A stretch of 64,000 bases of DNA from Candidatus Kapaibacterium sp. (GCA_963665665.1 OY762428.1:4960001-5024000); one strand, 5' to 3'. Shown: positions 41,237 through 52,449, numbered from the stretch's first letter. The notes: generated by a model not told the origin, from the letters alone. A program made the numbers and translations.

Positions 41237-44200
41237 TTATTTCAATACAATAATCTTTCCAAATAGTGCTATGTCTTTTGTTTTCAATTGGTAATAATAA
41301 TTGCCTGATAATAAATTTTCTGTATTCAAAGTATGTTCTGACAACAACACATTATTACCGCTGGAATTGAATTTTGCAATCCCTTTGCCAAAAATATCAA
41401 ATACCAATAATTCATATTTTTCCGGGCGGTTAAAATTTATGCTGAAACTAATAAAATCTCTTGCCGGATTGGGGTTTGCTTTTAACGAAATTCCTGAACT
41501 GATATCAATAACTGCTGATGGATTTTTTGAAACTGAAATTTCAGCCAGCATATCACGTTTGTACTTCACAACCATTCCCAGGTCCTGCTGTGTTGTGAAA
41601 TCCTTAATCGAGGCGGCATATAATTCGTATTCCGAATTATCTACGATTGAAAAATACCTGAGAATAAGCGGTTCCAGTTCAGCTGCCCCTTCTCTCTGAT
41701 TACTGGTTATTTCATTGTCGCCCCAGACAGTAACTATTAGTTTGCCGTTGTGTGCCGCAGCTCCGCCAAGCAGATTGCCGTTATTATCAAAAACGCCTAT
41801 CTCATCTCCGGCGCTGATGTTGAATTCATTTGCCTTGGGCGAAACGATTAGTACGGCAGTGTTACCAGTATATTTAGGCTGGCAGATGTAGTGCTGCGCT
41901 TCTTCCGTATTCCCAGCGGCCTGGTTGTTATCCCATTCAGGATAATTAAATAATACGTTATCCGTGAAGTAAACCTGCAGGGCTTCTCCGGGCCGGATAT
42001 TTTCAATATCATTATATCCGAGTGAAGGTATATAGGCCTGTCCTGCATCATTTTTTGCTATTTCAATACTGGAAACATTTTCAATGAATAGATTTTCCGG
42101 ACCGATCGGCTCAGGATAAAAACAGGGGAGAAGCATCCATTTTCCAGCATCTATACTTAGTATATGATTCTTTGGTGAAAGCCTGTTTCCCTGTATTTGA
42201 ATTTGCGAATTTTCCTCGGAATAAACTGCATATCCCTGGTTAATATCCCAATGAGCTAAATCGTTTACCGGTTCCAAGGGTTTGTAAATATTTTGATTGA
42301 TATCTTTTATACAGGCAATATTTGAAGGAATTAAAGTATCCATTTCAGGATAGAATGGTGCAACTCCGGAAGCAACGTACTGAAACTTCCCGGCTTCAAT
42401 ATCAATATTCCATATAATCGGATCGGCAATCTCAGAGATAATATTCAGAGTGTCCGGCATAAAATATCCCAGTCCTGACTCATAACTTACCGATACGGGC
42501 ATTTCCCGTGCAAGAACAGCATCCCATACAAAGAAGCGGAAAGTCTCGTTTACATCGAAGCCATCCTTGTCATTTGCAGTTTGCTGGTTATCTCCCCATG
42601 CAGTAACGGCAATATTCTGGTCACCTTTCCATACAGAGTAGCCGCCGCATCTCAATGTGTTTCCATTATCATAGAACACACCTATTGCATCGCCAGCTTT
42701 AAGCTTGTATCCGTCAATATTCTGCCCAACATCTGTGCGAATAAGAATAGTTGTGTTCTGGCCGGTTCTCTTTTCAAATTTCCAGGAAAGCGGTACTTCC
42801 TGCGAAGAAAATTCTCCTGTTGTGAATTCCGATACTTCCGACCATGGGCCGAAGCCGTTTGCATTGGCTGCCCGAACGCGCCAGTAGTATTTATTCTGAG
42901 GATCAAAAATGCTGAGTGAGCGAACCGTATCGCTAATGTCATCATGGTTATACTGCTCAGCGAGGAATTGTTTATCGGAGGAAATCTGTAGCCAGTATTT
43001 ACTAGCATCTTCAACTCCTGACCAAATAAACTCTATTGTTGCCGGCATTTCGTCAGATTCATTAGCCGGGCTTATAAGCGTTGGTGCGTCGGGTTTTGTC
43101 GTATCTGTTGTTGTGAATTTCCATGTAACTGACCAGGGGCTTTCCCCAAGTGTGTTAATTGCTTTAACCCGCCAGAAATATGTATTATTCGGCTCGAAAT
43201 TCTGTCCGTCTATTTCAGTATCGTAGATATGTTCTTTTTCAAAAATAATTTCTTCGAACTGAAAGTCTGTTGCTGCCTGGAAATAGTATTCATCAGCCTG
43301 AATACCTTCTTCCCACTTGAATGTTCCCGTAATACTGAAACCGTTCTCGCCGTTTTCAGGAGCTAAAAGCAGTGGTGGTTGCGGCACTGATGGTTCGCAG
43401 AATGTGCGGAATGGTAAATATTTTACGGGCCCTGAACTGGATTTATTACCGGAATGTGATATGCACTCGTCAACAATACTTGTATCAGTCGATCCCCAGC
43501 AGTTGAACATAGCGTAAACAGTATCATCGCCTCGGTTCAGCAGCGCCTTTTTACGGTTATCAAATCCGTCGAATATATTATAACCTTTCGAAAATGATAG
43601 CCCACCGCCCATATCAGGCGAAGCGTCATTGATACACATCACTCCGTAATAACCTGATTGAGTAAGCTTACAGTATTCCATAATCGCGGTGGTATTATCA
43701 AAACAAATCATTGAACTTAGGCAGAAACTTGTACCACCTCCGAATTGTATTTTTAAATGTTTCAGATGAGAATGGGATGAACCGTCCGTAAAATAAATTC
43801 CGCCCCAGTCTCTCGGGCTGCCACCGCTTAGGCCGTCGCCATCGGTGTCGCATTCGCCACTAACGTCATCTTTTATTGATGTAATAATAGCTATGCTGTC
43901 CCGGCTGCCCTCGGCAATCAAACGTCCTTTGATTATTAGGTCTGATCCTTCGGGCATTTTCAGAATAGCGCCCGGCCTGATATATAAAGTGGCATTTTTC
44001 TCAATTGTCAGGGATTCATTACAGAAATAAGGGGTATTCATCGCTTCAAGCCTTATGTCTGAATTATGTGTGCTTTCACTAATTTCAATACCGTTTTTCT
44101 CATTATTCCTCATCAGAATATATTTTATGCTGGTCAGGGCGTTGCTTTCCCAAACTATCGGGCCATGCCCGTCATTGCCACCGTCCGTAAAGGAACAGTA

Positions 44201-44584
44201 CTGAAGCGATACTCTGCCATAACCTGATTTATTGTTAAATATTATCGATCCCCAATGTCCGGGATTGGCGTTTTCTCTGTCAGCCTTGAAATATATGCTG
44301 TCTGCCGACTGCCCGACAGCAATCAGGCTGCCCTGAACTTCAATTGAACGGCTTCTTGAAAATTCCACGATAACGCCGGGTTCAATTAGCAGGGTAGCGT
44401 CGGGAGCGATAGTAATATTTGATTTGATAACATAAGGGGAAGACTCACTTATCCAGGTAACATCCGAGTTAATATCCTGGCTAACTGTAGTTTCCGCAAA
44501 AACTTCAGTTGCACCAAACATTATTAAAAATAATGATATATATAATCTTCCTGTTAAAAACATTCGCAATCCTTTGCAAAACAA
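41237..44584 (-). CDS. Secreted beta-helix and FN3-like protein with T9SS C-terminal domain
   Basis: SPYVI...TLLIEPGV, WGGIYF; two P.L.SP.N...YFWRV.A.N..G...WS FN3-like repeats; NPNPARD...GNYYYQL...KIIVLK. Confidence 0.88.
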   Translation of the reverse strand: MFCKGLRMFLTGRLYISLFLIMFGATEVFAETTVSQDINSDVTWISESSPYVIKSNITIAPDATLLIEPGVIVEFSRSRSIEVQGSLIAVGQSADSIYFKADRENANPGHWGSIIFNNKSGYGRVSLQYCSFTDGGNDGHGPIVWESNALTSIKYILMRNNEKNGIEISESTHNSDIRLEAMNTPYFCNESLTIEKNATLYIRPGAILKMPEGSDLIIKGRLIAEGSRDSIAIITSIKDDVSGECDTDGDGLSGGSPRDWGGIYFTDGSSHSHLKHLKIQFGGGTSFCLSSMICFDNTTAIMEYCKLTQSGYYGVMCINDASPDMGGGLSFSKGYNIFDGFDNRKKALLNRGDDTVYAMFNCWGSTDTSIVDECISHSGNKSSSGPVKYLPFRTFCEPSVPQPPLLLAPENGENGFSITGTFKWEEGIQADEYYFQAATDFQFEEIIFEKEHIYDTEIDGQNFEPNNTYFWRVKAINTLGESPWSVTWKFTTTDTTKPDAPTLISPANESDEMPATIEFIWSGVEDASKYWLQISSDKQFLAEQYNHDDISDTVRSLSIFDPQNKYYWRVRAANANGFGPWSEVSEFTTGEFSSQEVPLSWKFEKRTGQNTTILIRTDVGQNIDGYKLKAGDAIGVFYDNGNTLRCGGYSVWKGDQNIAVTAWGDNQQTANDKDGFDVNETFRFFVWDAVLAREMPVSVSYESGLGYFMPDTLNIISEIADPIIWNIDIEAGKFQYVASGVAPFYPEMDTLIPSNIACIKDINQNIYKPLEPVNDLAHWDINQGYAVYSEENSQIQIQGNRLSPKNHILSIDAGKWMLLPCFYPEPIGPENLFIENVSSIEIAKNDAGQAYIPSLGYNDIENIRPGEALQVYFTDNVLFNYPEWDNNQAAGNTEEAQHYICQPKYTGNTAVLIVSPKANEFNISAGDEIGVFDNNGNLLGGAAAHNGKLIVTVWGDNEITSNQREGAAELEPLILRYFSIVDNSEYELYAASIKDFTTQQDLGMVVKYKRDMLAEISVSKNPSAVIDISSGISLKANPNPARDFISFSINFNRPEKYELLVFDIFGKGIAKFNSSGNNVLLSEHTLNTENLLSGNYYYQLKTKDIALFGKIIVLK

Positions 44585-45042
44585 CTATATTTTATAGTTT
44601 TATCGGCATCCTGCCGTGTTTTCTTAACATAATAAAGTAAAAGGCGAATTTTCACCAGTTACAAACACAAATAATAATTCAGGACAATATTATCCAAATA
44701 TTATCCCGAATCAGCTACATTTCTGTTAATTGCAAATATACTGCCAAAAAGCAAGCTGCCCCCCAGGAAGCATTTGTGGTGTGGATTGTGGAAGGCAGCC
44801 GGATTTGCTGGTAAAGCGGAGCTTTTCTTTATTCTTTTCTGAATCTGAATCAATCTTCAAATATATTAACAGCTCAAATAAAAAAAAGTCTCATGATTTT
44901 GAAAAATATTTATATTAACGAAAAGAATTATTGGAAAAATACGATATTGGGTAAAAAAAAAAGCTCCTCACATCCTAAACCCGGAGATCGGGCAAGAAGT
45001 TTTATTATTCTGAAAATATGCACATTCCCGTATATAATTGAA

Positions 45043-45591
45043 ATTATTGATATTAATACCATTGGTACATCTTCATGAAACGATCTTTCACGCCCAAAAT
45101 CACTTGTTCCGTATCTGCCGAGCGTTCCCCTGTGCCTTCCGAGCGTTCCCCTGTGCCTTCCGAGCGTTCCCCTGTGCCTTCCGAGCGTTCCCCCGTGCCT
45201 TCCGAGCGTTCCCCCGTGCTTGCCGAGCGTTACCCCATGCTTGCCGAGCGTTACCCCGTGCTTGCCGAGCGTTCCCTCGTGCCTTCCGAGCGTTCCCTCG
45301 TGCCCCCGGAGCGTTCCCTCGTGCCTTCCGAGCGTTCCCTCGTGCCTTCCGAGACACTTTTTCAGTTAATATTATACTCAGAAAACAAAGAATTTCACTT
45401 TTTTGATATTGAATTTCGTTCTATTGGTCAGTTCGATCCACTTGATCAATTGATGATTTTATCGGGATATACCGATAGTCGCTTTGGTGATGATAATTTT
45501 TAGTTCAAAAATATTTGAGTTTGCTATGCCCGGCTTTGTTGATAATTCATTAGCACAGAATTTCCACTGGATGAGTGATGAAAGGCTTAAG
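45043..45591. repeat. Dispersed element type 1, copy B (about 11.5 units of the 21-bp repeat at about 45112-45353)
   Basis: Same orientation and flanks as 541-1045 with a different unit number. Confidence 0.85.
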
Positions 45592-45707
45592 ATGCCTGAA
45601 CAAAACAGGATAATCGTTGCTATCTTTAGTATTCTTATGACATTATATTATAGATTAATCAATAATAATACTAATCAGTTGTATTCCCGGGTTTTGTTAG
45701 CGGTAGA

Positions 45708-45753
45708 AAAAAAACGGCTGCCACCTGATATATTTATAAAGGAGGCAGCCGTT
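45708..45753 (-). terminator. Terminator after beta-propeller gene
   Basis: AACGGCTGCC...GGCAGCCGTT stem preceded by an A run. Confidence 0.75.
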
Positions 45754-45773
45754 ATATCCATAGAGTGGAGCTG

Positions 45774-47897
45774 TTATTCTTTAATAAATTTTTTTGTAGT
45801 TTTATATTTGTTATTCTGTACTGTCAGGAACCATGCCCCGGAGGCGAGACTGCTGATGTCAATCTGTTCATTTCGGGAGTCTATTCGGCCCTTTAATGCA
45901 ATTTCACCAGTAATTGATGTTATCTCATAATTCATGAATTCATAATCCGGTAAATCCGATTTAAGAGAAATATTTTCATGCGACGGGTTGGGGAAGAGGC
46001 TGATATCAATATTAATAATATTATCCTCTACGCTTAGCGGTATCTTCGACAGGTCAAGCATATAGAACATTTCATTTCGTACTTTGACTGCCAGAAATTT
46101 ACGATTATTTGATATTTCAGAACAAGTTATTGAATTAGTTGCTTCAAATTCAAAATTGTAAATAATTTCTTCCTGGCCAATATCCCATATTCTTATAACT
46201 CCACCTGTCAGGATTTCCAGTAGGTAATTAGGATCTTCAAGGAAAAACAGTTTATGGTAGTAACCGGCAACTTCTGTTGGCAAGCTTGCTACTAACTCTT
46301 TACTATGAATATTATATATATTTATATTGTCAGTAAGGCTGATAGCTGCAAACAAATTGGTAGACAGGTCAAAAGCGGGGCAATTTTTTAAATCAATAGT
46401 ATCAAGATAAAATATCGGATTCCAGTCAAATAAACTATAAAAAATTAGAGTATCACTATGTTCAACATAAAAATAATGTCCATTATTTGTAAATTCAGGA
46501 TTTTTACCATTTCCTGACAATAGAATATTGTGCGACTCATCCCTTACCTGGAATGTATCAGCCGTAAAATTTGATAAACAATAATATTTTAGCCCGTTTG
46601 AAAAAATGACACTTTGTTTAATGTTTGAGTCCGGCTGAACGATTTTACGATCAAACATACTCCCCAATGATTCGATACGATCAAAAACATAGCTATTTTC
46701 TTCATTTTCATTTATATGGTATAAATATTCATCTCCCAGGTAGCTTGCTATGTTAAAATAATTATAATAATCATACCAGCATTCAAGTTGATTACCCGTA
46801 GAAACTTCAAAATACCCAACCTGATTGGGCCTTTTAACAAATAGAGTTTGATTATCATTCAGGAAGTGAAAACGTTCGGGATTAAATAAATTGTGAGTTG
46901 AGAAAAGATCACCAGTGTTTAGGTCAAGTTGAAATAGGTTATAATTGGTATAAAAACAACTTTCCATTTCATCATTACATACAATATTTAAATGTGAACC
47001 ATATACGAAATAAAGAGAATCCGTATGAAAATCAACAGCATCAATTTTGTAGACATAATTGAAATTATTCAATCTTTCATAAAAGTAATAAGCATAATTT
47101 CCTGTTTTAGAAAAATGTATATCGCTTGTTCTGCTTATAATCGTATCTTTATAGTCGCTGGTTGAAGTATTATAGCATAATAAATGGTTTTGTGTACCCT
47201 GCAGAAAATAAGTGATTCCATCAGAAAATACTTTTACAGTAAATGAATTTTCAATCGATTCAGATTTTTTTGAAAATTTAACTTCCTGTGTTTCAAGGTC
47301 GAATATAAAGAATCTCTGATACTGAATGCCGAGCAGTGTTTTCCCGTCATCGCCAAGAAAACCGGAACCAGAGTACAAACTATCGCTGAAATAATTTCCG
47401 AGTTTCTCTCCGGTTTCGAAGCTCCACCAGTGAAAATGATAATCGTTTGTAAAGGCATACAGATATTTCTTATTGTTTGTTCGGGAGAAACTGACTGTGC
47501 CTGTGAGGTCAAAAATTTTAGAATCTGTAATTTTTTCAGTTTCAATATCAAACACATGGTAGTATATATTAGCGTCGTCATTTTTTGAAAAAATTATTGA
47601 TTGGCTGTCATCAGAAAACTCAATATTATCATAACCAAAGAGAGAATCATTCTCGAACTCACAGAAAAATTCTTCCTCCTCGATATTATAAAGAGATTTA
47701 TGATTTTTTGAAAGAATAATATTGCCATCTGGTGCGGCTAATATATCAGTAAATATGGCTGATTGAATTTTCTTTTGCCAAAGAACTTCATCTGCTTTGG
47801 TACTTCCGAAAAGTACAATAAAAATTGCCAAAATCAGTAAAAAACTACGCATTGCTACCTCCCAATATGTTGAATGTGTCTTCAAATATAAGAACAC
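45774..47897 (-). CDS. Secreted WD40-like beta-propeller protein with T9SS C-terminal domain
   Basis: Signal peptide from MRSFLLILAIF; IRIWDI and similar blade motifs; LFPNPSHE...GAWFLTV...KKFIKE. Confidence 0.8.
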   Translation of the reverse strand: MFLYLKTHSTYWEVAMRSFLLILAIFIVLFGSTKADEVLWQKKIQSAIFTDILAAPDGNIILSKNHKSLYNIEEEEFFCEFENDSLFGYDNIEFSDDSQSIIFSKNDDANIYYHVFDIETEKITDSKIFDLTGTVSFSRTNNKKYLYAFTNDYHFHWWSFETGEKLGNYFSDSLYSGSGFLGDDGKTLLGIQYQRFFIFDLETQEVKFSKKSESIENSFTVKVFSDGITYFLQGTQNHLLCYNTSTSDYKDTIISRTSDIHFSKTGNYAYYFYERLNNFNYVYKIDAVDFHTDSLYFVYGSHLNIVCNDEMESCFYTNYNLFQLDLNTGDLFSTHNLFNPERFHFLNDNQTLFVKRPNQVGYFEVSTGNQLECWYDYYNYFNIASYLGDEYLYHINENEENSYVFDRIESLGSMFDRKIVQPDSNIKQSVIFSNGLKYYCLSNFTADTFQVRDESHNILLSGNGKNPEFTNNGHYFYVEHSDTLIFYSLFDWNPIFYLDTIDLKNCPAFDLSTNLFAAISLTDNINIYNIHSKELVASLPTEVAGYYHKLFFLEDPNYLLEILTGGVIRIWDIGQEEIIYNFEFEATNSITCSEISNNRKFLAVKVRNEMFYMLDLSKIPLSVEDNIINIDISLFPNPSHENISLKSDLPDYEFMNYEITSITGEIALKGRIDSRNEQIDISSLASGAWFLTVQNNKYKTTKKFIKE

Positions 47898-47935
47898 TTA
47901 AAATGGAAAAAAGTCTCAAACTTTTTTTAATAAAA

Positions 47936-49420
47936 TTATTTAGGGCGCATGATTCCGAGCCTTTTCATCTTATCGCGGAGTGTGCTTGGGGCAAGTCCCA
48001 GTTTCTTTGCTGTACCCCGGGGGCCGTCTATTATCCAGTTGGATTCCTCAAGAATAGATAAAATATGGGCTTTTTCAACATCCTTCAGCTTTATACCTTC
48101 GGGCCGTGTTACTGGCCTGCCGGATATAGCCGGTATTGAATCATCAATCTGGAGTTTACCATCAGATGATAAAATTACAGCTCTTTCAATTACATTCTCC
48201 AATTCCCTGACGTTACCCGGCCAGTTGTATGATTTTAAACTGTTAATAACGGAGTTTGGGATAGAATTTATGATTCTTCCGGTTTTTCGGGAGTATTTAT
48301 CCACGAAATGCCTCGCAAGCAAAGGAATATCGTTTATTCTTCTGTTTAGCGGGGGGATAGTAACAGGAAAAACATTGAGCCTGTAGTACAGATCCTGGCG
48401 GAATTTTCCTTCTTCTATTTCTTTTTTCAGGTCTCTGTTTGTTGCAGCTACAACCCTGACATCCACTTTTACAGTATGTGGATTACCCAGCCTTTCAAAT
48501 TCCCCTTCCTGCAATACCCTGAGCAATTTTGATTGAAGTTCCAGCGGCAGGTCGCCAATTTCGTCAAGAAATATTGTTCCGCCGTCTGCAAGCTCGAAAC
48601 GGCCGATTTTTTTTGCCAGAGCCCCGGTAAATGCCCCTTTTTCATGCCCAAAAAGTTCGCTTTCTATCAGGTTGGCCGGGAGTGAGGCACAGTTAACTTT
48701 TACAAGTGATTTATTCTTTCTCTTGCTTGAAGAATGTACTGCTCTCGAAAATAATTCCTTACCGGTTCCTGTTTCTCCCAGGATAAGTACAGTGGAATCA
48801 GTTTCGGCTACCTGTGTTATTTTATTCAAAATTTTAATTATTTCAGGGTCGTTGGAAATTATCTCATCAAAATTATGATCGGATTTTATTTCCTCTTTCA
48901 AATATATATTTTCTTCTTCAAGCTGCTTTTTCAGCCGGTTCACTTCTTCAAGTGCATTTCTCAACTCATTTGTTCTTTCGCTAACCCTTTGTTCCAGCTT
49001 TTCATTTGTTTTTTGCATTTCTTCCCTAAGGTTTTTCAGAGTAATATGAGTATTGACTCTTGCAAGGACTTCCTCATGCTGGATAGGTTTGGTAATATAA
49101 TCCACAGCACCAACTTCAAATCCTCTAACTTTATCCACAGTTTCCGACAGTGAAGACATAAATATCACGGGGATATCATTAGTTACCGGGTTTTGTTTTA
49201 TCAGCCGACAGGTTTCAAAACCATCGAGTCCGGGCATCATTATGTCTAGTAATATAAGGTCAGGAGCTGAATATTGAATTTGCTCAATAGCACTATCTCC
49301 GTTCTCGGCTACAAATGTCCTGAATCCGCTTTCTGTCAAGAAATCCAACAAAACAGCAATATTTGCCGGTACATCGTCAACTATTAATATTGATCCCCTG
49401 AAATTGCTATTATTCATCAA
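47936..49420 (-). CDS. Sigma54-dependent response regulator (REC, AAA+, HTH)
   Basis: ILIVDD, PDLILLDIMMP, GETGTGKE, ESELFGHEKGAFTGA, WPGNVRELEN and Fis-type HTH. Confidence 0.96.
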   Translation of the reverse strand: MMNNSNFRGSILIVDDVPANIAVLLDFLTESGFRTFVAENGDSAIEQIQYSAPDLILLDIMMPGLDGFETCRLIKQNPVTNDIPVIFMSSLSETVDKVRGFEVGAVDYITKPIQHEEVLARVNTHITLKNLREEMQKTNEKLEQRVSERTNELRNALEEVNRLKKQLEEENIYLKEEIKSDHNFDEIISNDPEIIKILNKITQVAETDSTVLILGETGTGKELFSRAVHSSSKRKNKSLVKVNCASLPANLIESELFGHEKGAFTGALAKKIGRFELADGGTIFLDEIGDLPLELQSKLLRVLQEGEFERLGNPHTVKVDVRVVAATNRDLKKEIEEGKFRQDLYYRLNVFPVTIPPLNRRINDIPLLARHFVDKYSRKTGRIINSIPNSVINSLKSYNWPGNVRELENVIERAVILSSDGKLQIDDSIPAISGRPVTRPEGIKLKDVEKAHILSILEESNWIIDGPRGTAKKLGLAPSTLRDKMKRLGIMRPK

Positions 49421-49487
49421 AATTCAAAATTATTCAGTAAATAATTATACTGACGAAAAAAAAGTATTTAATTTTATATGAATATAA

Positions 49488-51836
49488 TTATTCAGCTTTT
49501 TTGCTTAATGTAAAAGAGAAAACAGAGCCTTTGCCCTGTTGGCTTTCCACACTGATCGAACCTCCGTGATGGTCGATAAACTCTTTACAAAGGATCAGGC
49601 CGAGCCCGGTTCCTTTTTCCTCGATTGTTCCCGGAGTAGTGAACTGGCTGTCCAGACGAAAGAGTTTTTTCTGATCCTCTTCAGAAATTCCGATTCCGGT
49701 ATCAGTAACAGAATATTTTACCATATCTCCGAAATCTTCTGCTTTGATTGATATTCTACCATTAAGTCCTGTAAATTTGATTGCATTGGTCAGCAGATTT
49801 CTGATCACCGTTATCAACATATTGTAATCACCTTCAACATAAGTACTATCTCCGATATCGGAGCTTATAGTAATATTTTTTTTAAGTGCACTTGCTGATA
49901 ACAAATTAAGATTTTTCAAAGTAAGTATGTTCAAATCAATAAGTTCTGGTTTAAATTGAATTTTACCTGTTTGGGTTCTTGCCCATTGAAGAAGGCTTTC
50001 AAGCAGGTCGGATAAATTCTTTGTTGTTTTGTAGATTGTGTTGTGTTTATGATCAATTTCTTCCTTGTCAAATTTATCGCCGAATCTTAAAAGCATATCC
50101 GATGAAAGCATAAGTGTTTGTAAAGGATTTTTCAGGTCATGGGCAATAATGGAAAAAAACTTATCCTTGGCTGCGTTAGCGTCTCTTAGTTTCTTTTCCT
50201 TTTCACTTAATTCAGTGAACAATTGTGTTAGTTTATCATTCTGATCAATAATTTTTTGATTTTTCTCGCTAAGCAAATTGTGAGCTTTTTGTTTTTGCCT
50301 GTACCGGTTATAAAGAACAAAGGATAATGAAAGTATCAATCCTGAAATAACAATAAAATATGTTCTCTGGAGTACGTTCATTTTTTTCAATCTGTTATTT
50401 TCTTTAGCCCGTTGCTCGTTTTCTTTTGCCTTTTTCTCGGATTCATATTTTACTTCCATCTCTACAAATTTCTGATTCATCTCTTCGGAAATGATTGATT
50501 CCCTGATCCGGGTATAAGATATATGATATTCAAGAGCCTTTGAAGAATTTCCGGAAGCGGAATAGATTTCATAAAACAAATAGTAGGCATCCTGTATCAG
50601 TCCCTTCTTGTTAAATTTTTGGGCCAGTTCCAAACTTTTATTGGCATAATTCAGTGCTTCGGTAAAATTATTCATCTTCAAATAAATTGAAGATATACTT
50701 GTAAGGGGGTAGAACAATCTGTCATCGTAAGAAAGTTCTTCTTTTATGTCGTAGGATTGTTTACAGAATTTTAGTGCCTGTGGGTAATTTCCTTTGTCCA
50801 GGAACACAAGGCCAATATTATTTAGCAAGGTAGCTTTGCCTGACCTGACTTTTGAAAGTTTGCTTCTGTTCTCTGAGTTTTTTATTCTCAGGATTTCATC
50901 TTCTGTAAGTTTTAGTGCTCTGTTATAAAATTCTAACGCTTTTTCGAAGTTTCTCCAATCAAAATACACAGTACCGATATTAGAGTAAGACTGAGCTGTT
51001 TTGTATTTAATACCTGATTCCTTTACAATTTCAAGTGCATTTTTATAATATTCAATGGCTTTTGAGTAGTTTCCCCAGTCGTAATATACTTTTCCAATAG
51101 AATTCATTGTGGAGGCGATAAGGCTTTTTTGCTTAAGCTGCTCATTAATTTTCAATTCCGAGAGATGATTTTCAAGAGCTTTATTATATTTTCCCCATTT
51201 ATAATATAGTAATCCCAGGTTTCTGTATGATGAGGCGATTTCTTTTTTGTTCCCGGCTTGTTTCCAATGATGCAAAGCTTTTCGATAGTATATCAGTGCG
51301 TCATCATAATTACCCCATCTGTAATATAGAAGCCCGATATTGTTGTAGGATTTTGCAATGCCGGGTTTGTCGGCAATAACTTCTCTCAGGTCAAGAGCTT
51401 TTTTGTAGAAGTAGAGTGCTTTGTCGTAAACATTCAGAGCAGAATAAACAGCGCCGAAGTTGTTGAAAACATTAGCTGTTTCAAATTTATTACCAATTTC
51501 ATCAAAAATCTTATATGCACTTCGAAAATTTTCGATAGCGGAATCATTTTGTTTTTTGGTATAATAAACTGATGCTAGATTTTTATACGCAAAAGCAAGC
51601 TGGTTCTTATTATCTGTTTTTACAGCCAAATCAATTGCAAGCTTTGAATAACTTTTTGCATTCTTGATATCATGAATTTTGAGATATTCAACCGACATCC
51701 TATTATATAGCTCGGGCTTAAAGTCCTCGTCAGCAGTTTTTTCTAATAGCTTCAGGCTGTCAAGCCCGATAGAGTATGATGCCGGAAAGTTCAGTAAGAA
51801 AAATATAATTAAAAGAATATTAAAATTTATTTTCAA
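49488..51836 (-). CDS. TPR-repeat membrane sensor histidine kinase
   Basis: Signal peptide; about 9 TPR-like repeats (A.SYNNIG.VY...GNY..AL.YY..AL); TM helix; AHDLKNP H-box; N, G1 and G2 boxes. Confidence 0.95.
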   Translation of the reverse strand: MKINFNILLIIFFLLNFPASYSIGLDSLKLLEKTADEDFKPELYNRMSVEYLKIHDIKNAKSYSKLAIDLAVKTDNKNQLAFAYKNLASVYYTKKQNDSAIENFRSAYKIFDEIGNKFETANVFNNFGAVYSALNVYDKALYFYKKALDLREVIADKPGIAKSYNNIGLLYYRWGNYDDALIYYRKALHHWKQAGNKKEIASSYRNLGLLYYKWGKYNKALENHLSELKINEQLKQKSLIASTMNSIGKVYYDWGNYSKAIEYYKNALEIVKESGIKYKTAQSYSNIGTVYFDWRNFEKALEFYNRALKLTEDEILRIKNSENRSKLSKVRSGKATLLNNIGLVFLDKGNYPQALKFCKQSYDIKEELSYDDRLFYPLTSISSIYLKMNNFTEALNYANKSLELAQKFNKKGLIQDAYYLFYEIYSASGNSSKALEYHISYTRIRESIISEEMNQKFVEMEVKYESEKKAKENEQRAKENNRLKKMNVLQRTYFIVISGLILSLSFVLYNRYRQKQKAHNLLSEKNQKIIDQNDKLTQLFTELSEKEKKLRDANAAKDKFFSIIAHDLKNPLQTLMLSSDMLLRFGDKFDKEEIDHKHNTIYKTTKNLSDLLESLLQWARTQTGKIQFKPELIDLNILTLKNLNLLSASALKKNITISSDIGDSTYVEGDYNMLITVIRNLLTNAIKFTGLNGRISIKAEDFGDMVKYSVTDTGIGISEEDQKKLFRLDSQFTTPGTIEEKGTGLGLILCKEFIDHHGGSISVESQQGKGSVFSFTLSKKAE

Positions 51837-52204
51837 TTTCTACTCCTTGTTAGTTCTAAGAATAAAACCACTGCAAAAAACAGACCAAAAAATTTGTCTT
51901 TATATATTACTATTGTCCGGCATGGAAACCGCTTATTAAATTACCTGACACTCATATAGATAACAATACAATTAAAATAATATGAAATTAAGTTAATAAT
52001 ATATTTGCACATTAAAAAAACTATTTTTATATTATATCTGTTGTGAATTGTTGGTTAAAAGATTCTCATATTTGATGTTTTATTTGATTTTTTTGAAATA
52101 ATTTTTGTATTATAATAATGTTGTAAATGTTGTATTATTTTACAACCATCATGACATCCGGAAGAGTCATGAATTAACTGAATAAAACATTGATTGAGGA
52201 TATC

Positions 52205-52339
52205 ATGGAAGATACAATCTCAATTTTTTCTTGCTTTGCGAGTCTGCTAACCAGAATCAAAAATAATTTTGAACTTTCTTGCAGTGAAAGCCAGTGCCGG
52301 CGCTTTTACGGTAATATTTTTTCCATTTTGAAAAAATAA
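52205..52339 (+). CDS. Candidate 44-aa leader ORF upstream of the peptide array
   Basis: GAGGA 4 nt before ATG; MEDTISIFSCFASLLTRIKNNFELSCSESQCRRFYGNIFSILKK*; below the ORF-track size cut-off. Confidence 0.4.
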   Translation: MEDTISIFSCFASLLTRIKNNFELSCSESQCRRFYGNIFSILKK

Positions 52340-52376
52340 TATCGTGGCTGGCTTTCTGAGGGCTTTTTATTGCCCG
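52286..52376 (+). promoter_or_regulatory. Structured leader (nested hairpin) upstream of the peptide array
   Basis: GAAAGCCAG (52286-94) pairs with CTGGCTTTC (52348-56); TATTTTTTC (52315-23) pairs with GAAAAAATA (52330-38); followed by GGGCTTTTTATTGCCC. Confidence 0.5.
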
Positions 52377-52449
52377 AAGTGAAAAAATTGATCCGGATCT
52401 TCTAAAAAATACAAAAACTAATTTTATAACTTTTCGATGGAGTAATACT

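Noticed and set aside
51917-51934. Sigma54 promoter CCGGCATGGAAACCGCTT upstream of the peptide array
   Set aside because: GG-N10-GC spacing is present but the match to TGGCACG-N4-TTGC is weak and it lies over 500 bp from the first peptide gene; not supportable without data.
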